Part shown: positions 59,293-64,000 of the stretch, in pieces
Layout: each line of letters opens with the position of its first letter
Numbering within the stretch: the stretch's first letter is position 1
Source: Mobula hypostoma
Taxonomy: Eukaryota
DNA length: 64,000 nucleotides
NCBI RefSeq assembly: GCF_963921235.1
Contig: NC_086097.1
Coordinates: forward strand, 45,324,001-45,388,000
Direction of reading: 5' to 3'
The notes under the pieces: model-generated
What the model was told of the DNA's origin: nothing
The model's input: the letters and a program-made list of their open reading frames with translations, nothing else
The model's database searches: none
Translations under genes and position numbers: made by a program

Positions 59293-62200
59293 TCCTCTTT
59301 CAATATTTTTATTAATATTATATAAATTGCATGAATACAAATACAAAATTCATAAGAATATAGTAAGTAATACGAATTACATTACATTTAATTCACAGTA
59401 ATATGATCACAGTATCCCATATTCCAAATCAATCATGTAGAAGAAAAAGATTGAATTATGAAATGAAATAAAATAAAATAATTATATTTTATTTAAAGAA
59501 ATCTACCCCCACTACCAAAATGAGCTGGTTGGTAACAAAAAAGAGAAGAAAAGGAAATAACTTACCATATAATATTGTAATAATAATGGCTCAGATCCAT
59601 ACTTTAATAACAGTTCAAAGATTATGAAAATAACTCAGAAAATTAGAACATTAGAAAATCATGTTTGGAATCAGAAATCGAACAACAAATCTTCTCTAGA
59701 TCAAGGTACAACATAACATCAGATAGCTTTGAAACATGAGTGGGCGGGGCGGCCTCCTTCCACTTGAGCAAGATCACCCCCCCCGGCCATAAGAGACATA
59801 AAGGCCAATACCCGCAAATTAGATGGTTTCAGTTTTGTAACACTATCAACAATACCAAACATGGCAGTCAAGGGATTGGGCTTAAAAATAACATTGAAAA
59901 GTACAGAAAAAGTTTGAAATACATCTTTCCAAAATTTTTCAAGACTCGGACATGTCCAAAACATATGAATTAGTCTGGCCGCTCCATTAGTACATCTGTC
60001 ACAGTAAGGGGAAATATCTGCGTTAAACGAGAGAGCTTGTCTTTAGACATATGATCTCTATGTACCACTTTGAATTGTAATAAAGAATGACGAGCACTTA
60101 ATGATGAAGAATTAATCAATTTTAAAATAATCTTCCAGCTCTCTTCAGATATGAATATTTGTAAATCTTTTTCCTGGTCTCCTTTAATTTTATCTAAAGG
60201 GGCCTTTTTCAGTCCCAACAACAGACCGTGAACGTAAGATATTGAACCATTGTCAAAGGGTTTCAGATTAAAAATTGTATCTATTATATTCTTATCTGAA
60301 CTTGTAGGAAATGTATGTAATTAAGATCTTAAAAAATCTCTAATCTGTAAGTATCGAAAAAAGTGGGTATTGGAAAGGTTAAATTTCATTGAAAGTTGCC
60401 CAAAGAAGAGAGATTCCCCCATCAAACAAATCCTGAAATCGTTTAATACCCAAACTATCCCATTCTTTAAAAGATAAGTCAATTATAGATGGTTTAAAAA
60501 GAACAATTAGAAACAATGGGCCTCGAGAGGGAGAATCTCAATAAACCAAAATGTTTTCTAAACTGTAACCAAATCCTCAAAGTGTGTTTGACCACTACAT
60601 TTAGGTTAGTTTATTTAAAGATAAGGAAGCGAGGATCCAAGTAAAGAAATAATGGAAGATTTCATAACAGAGTTGACTTCCAAAGAGACTCATATAGGAC
60701 AATTCTCATGGTTAATGTAATATATCCAGAATGTAATATTTCGTATTTTAACTGCCCAATAATATAACCTAAAATTTTGTTAAGGCAAAGCCTCTATTCT
60801 GTTTGGTTTTTTGAAGGTGAGCTTTATTTATTCGAAGTTTTTTATTCTTCCATATATAGGAAGAAAGAATTGAATCCAAAGAGTCAAAAAAAGGTTTAGG
60901 AATAAAAACAGGCACAGCTTGAAAAAGGTATATAAATTTAGGTAACATATTCATTTTAATAGAATTAATTCGGCCAATCAGTGATAGAGAGAGAGGCGAC
61001 CAATTATAAAGTGCTTTTTTAAACATAATTCATCAAAGTTAAAAAAATTTCCTTAAATAAATCTTTATAATTGTTACTCCTAAATACATAAATTGTTTTC
61101 TTAAAATTTTAAAAGGAAGGTTAATATCAGTTGGTATTTAATTGTTTAAAGGAAACAGTTCACGCTTATGTAAATTTAATTTATATCCTGAGAACTGACT
61201 AAAATTAGTCAGTAAATGGAACACAAATGATAAAGAGGTTGTAACATTAGATATAAAAAGCAATAAGTCTTCAGCATAGAGTGACACTTTATGAATAGTA
61301 GCTCTCCTTAAAATACCAGTAATCTCTTTAGACTCTCGAAAAGCAATTGCTAAGGGTTCTAATACCAAATCAAAGAGCAGAGGGCTCAAAGGACAACCTT
61401 GTCTAGTCCCACGTTGGAATTTAAAGGGTTTAGAATTCTGAAGATTAGGAAGAACCAAGCGGAAGGAAATAAATAACGTAATTTAATCCAATGAATAAAA
61501 TTAGGTCCAAAATTAAATTTTTCTAAGGATGTAAAAAGATAATTCCATTCAACTCTGTCAAAAGCCTTCTCCGCATCCAAAGATATCACACAATCCAATA
61601 TTTCCTTAGATGGAGAATGCATAACATTTAACAAATGCCGTATATTAAAATGGGAATATCGATTTTTTATAAATCCTGTCTGATCATCTGAAACTATAGA
61701 AGATATAATATTTTCAAGTCTGCGAGCCAACACTTTAGGTAAAATTTTAGTATCAAAGTTGAGTAAAGAGATAGGTCTATATGGAGAACATTAAGTAGGA
61801 TTCTTATTGTTTTTGATAATAAGCCAAATGGAAGCTTCGTAAAAAGACTGCGGTAATCTTCCTACTTTAAAGGAATCTGTAAGGGTAGAACATAAATGTG
61901 GTATAAGCAAGGAGGAAAAAGCCTTATAAAACTCTCCAGAGAATCTGTCGGGTCCTGGGGATTTTCCAGAATGCAATTCTCGAATAGCCTGAGCAATTTC
62001 CTCCTGGGATATAGGTTGATCCAATTTCCTGCAATCAACTAATGAAAGATTAGGAATATTTAATTGATCTAAAAAATTATTCATTGCAATATTGTCATTA
62101 ACAGAGTCAGAACTATACAATTAGGAATAAAATTCCCTAAAAGTGTCATTAATTTCAAAGTGGTCAGTTGTCATGTCCCCATTAATTTTACGTATTTCTT

Positions 62201-62449
62201 TAATTTGCCTCTTGGCTATAAATGGCTTCAATTGATTAGCCAGTAGCTTACCAGTTTTATCTTCGTAAATATAAAATTAACTTCTATCTTTTAAAAGCTG
62301 GCTTTCAATTGGATACATTAAAAGAAGATCATATTTAGCTTTGGTTTCAATACATCTCTTATATGTTTCAGGGTTAGGTACCCAAGCATATTTAAGGTCC
62401 AGTTGTTTTAACTGATTAGCTAGTTCGTTTCTCTCTTTGTTAATTTTAT
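59293..62449 (-). mobile_element. L1-clade LINE, 5'-truncated, degenerate ORF2
   Basis: GKSPGPDRFSGEFYK; DQTGFIKNR..SLDAEKAFDRVEW; RGTRQGCPLSPLLF..SLYAED; LSLIGRINSIKMNMLPK; HMFWTCP; AATAAA on minus near 59307-59312. Confidence 0.92.
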
Positions 62450-63744
62450 ACAGTATTGTGTATTGCATTTCACAACATATGCCAGTTATATTAAACCCAA
62501 TTGTGAATCTGATTCTGAGATGATATTCTGTTCCAGATGATTTGACAGAGTAATCAGTAACAGAATACAAATGTTTCTGTGTCTCGTTCCAGCACACCTC
62601 CCCCCACCCCCCACCCTCAACCACTGTCTGGCCTGACCGCAGTTTCCGATTATCTGAAAAGGACCCCAAAGAAGGTTGTTGTGAGTGGAGATTGCAGGGT
62701 GGGTGTAAAGCCAGATATTATCAATATCAGCAGCTCACCAAGTGAGGGACAAAGGAGAAATCGGAGGTAATTCAGCTACAACTCTTTCTCAAAGTGGATG
62801 AGGCCGCACTGCCACACAGACACTCGCCACTTCTGGCTGCTCCAGTGGAAGTCTGCCAGTCAGCATAGCGTTTAGGCGTGCGTCCTTCCTGGCTAAATAA
62901 CTGGTGATATGTGCGAGGGGTGGCGTACAGCAATACGGAGAGAGTGAGGCGGAGGTAAATTTAAGGAAGTCAGGACTGATTCCCAGTTGCTGGAGAGTAC
63001 TTTAGGAGAATGACAAAGGTGTGGTACATTGTGGATTGAGTCTTGACTAGGGAGTAAATCAGGGCAGTCGATACTATTCAGGTTTGCAGTGCTTCACCTA
63101 CAAAGACGTGGGCAGCCCCAGACTTTCACTGGCCTTTTTCACTGACTACCCAATGAGAAGGGACCACAATCACCTCGCATGGTATTTCAGTGTCAGACGG
63201 GATAACTGGGGCAGCAATTTTCAGATCCCTGACTTTAACACGCGCATGGCGCACTGGAAGTTGGTGACTGATTTACTCCTTAATAACTGTCATCGAGTCA
63301 TCCAGCAGGGAATCAGGCCATTCAGCCCAATCAGTCCATGCTGACCAAGCTGCCTATCAAAGCTGGTCACTGTTTCCTCAAGCTATCTTCACTGCAAATT
63401 CTGGGCTACAACTTTGCTGACTTTTTCCCAGGGACAACAACACAGTGGCAGCATTCTGGGGCTGTCTGTATGCTGTTACTGCATGTTTCTCACAACACAC
63501 TCTGTATGCTGTCACTGCATGCTTCTTCCAGCTGCTCTACCTTCTTCACGCATCCAAGAGGGATCTGGGTTGGTGGGTTCATTCCCAGTTTTAGGGGGGT
63601 GGTAGAGTCTAGAGAAGCTGATGGGAATGTGGGGAGAATGGAAGAGGTTGAGTGCAGGATCAGTTAAAATGTGTGCTTGATGGTTGGAAAGATCTCAGAA
63701 GGCCAAAGGGTCTGTCTCCACACCCGATCTCTTAATAACTCTAA

Positions 63745-64000
63745 TAAAGGTTGGGAAAGAACAGAGAAAATTGACAAGGATGTTTCTGGGTCTGCAGGAT
63801 CTGAGTTATAAGTAAAGATTGAATAGGTTCAAACTTTATTCCTTGGAACAGAGAAGACTGAGATGACATTTGATAGAGGTATACAAAGTTATGAGGGTTA
63901 TAGACAGAGTAAATGCAAGCAGGATTTTTCCCCTGAGGTTGGGTGGGACTATAACTAGAGGTCATGGGCTAAGGGTGAAAGGTGAAAGGTTTAAGGGGAA
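63745..64000 (+). mobile_element. CR1 3' region fragment running off the window
   Basis: tttattccttggaacagagaagactgagatgacatttgatagaggtatacaaag..aactagaggtcatggg. Confidence 0.75.

Noticed and set aside
35101..62449. The two minus-strand L1 pieces (ORF1 plus EN at 35-37 kb; rest of ORF2 at 59-62 kb) as one split element
   Set aside because: They are in the wrong order for the minus strand, the first has its own TSD, and the second is far more decayed

Overview
Repeat-dense, apparently intronic or intergenic vertebrate DNA. The repeat families (CR1 LINEs, HE1/V-SINE-like and Deu-SINE-like SINEs, Rex1/Babar, L1, Tx1, Penelope-like elements) point to a cartilaginous fish, probably a ray or skate; this is inference from family recognition, not a search result. 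No host protein-coding gene could be confidently identified, and nearly all ORFs in the track are transposon fragments or spurious. Main structures: (1) a full-length, decayed Ty3/gypsy chromovirus of the Tf1/sushi type on the minus strand (49257-54456), with LTRs, a 5-bp TSD, a PPT, an apparent self-priming PBS, a -1 frameshift hairpin and a chromodomain; (2) more than ten Penelope-derived termini, most with minimal hammerhead-ribozyme motifs or remnants, many arranged as 85-220 bp inverted repeats; (3) an unusual 3'-truncated L1 with an intact ORF1 between 15-bp TSDs, inside a three-level nest; (4) many CR1, Rex1/Babar, L1 and RTE-type fragments, plus hAT and Tc1/mariner MITEs with readable TIRs and TSDs. 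Family names were recognised by eye, and the boundaries of degenerate copies are approximate.
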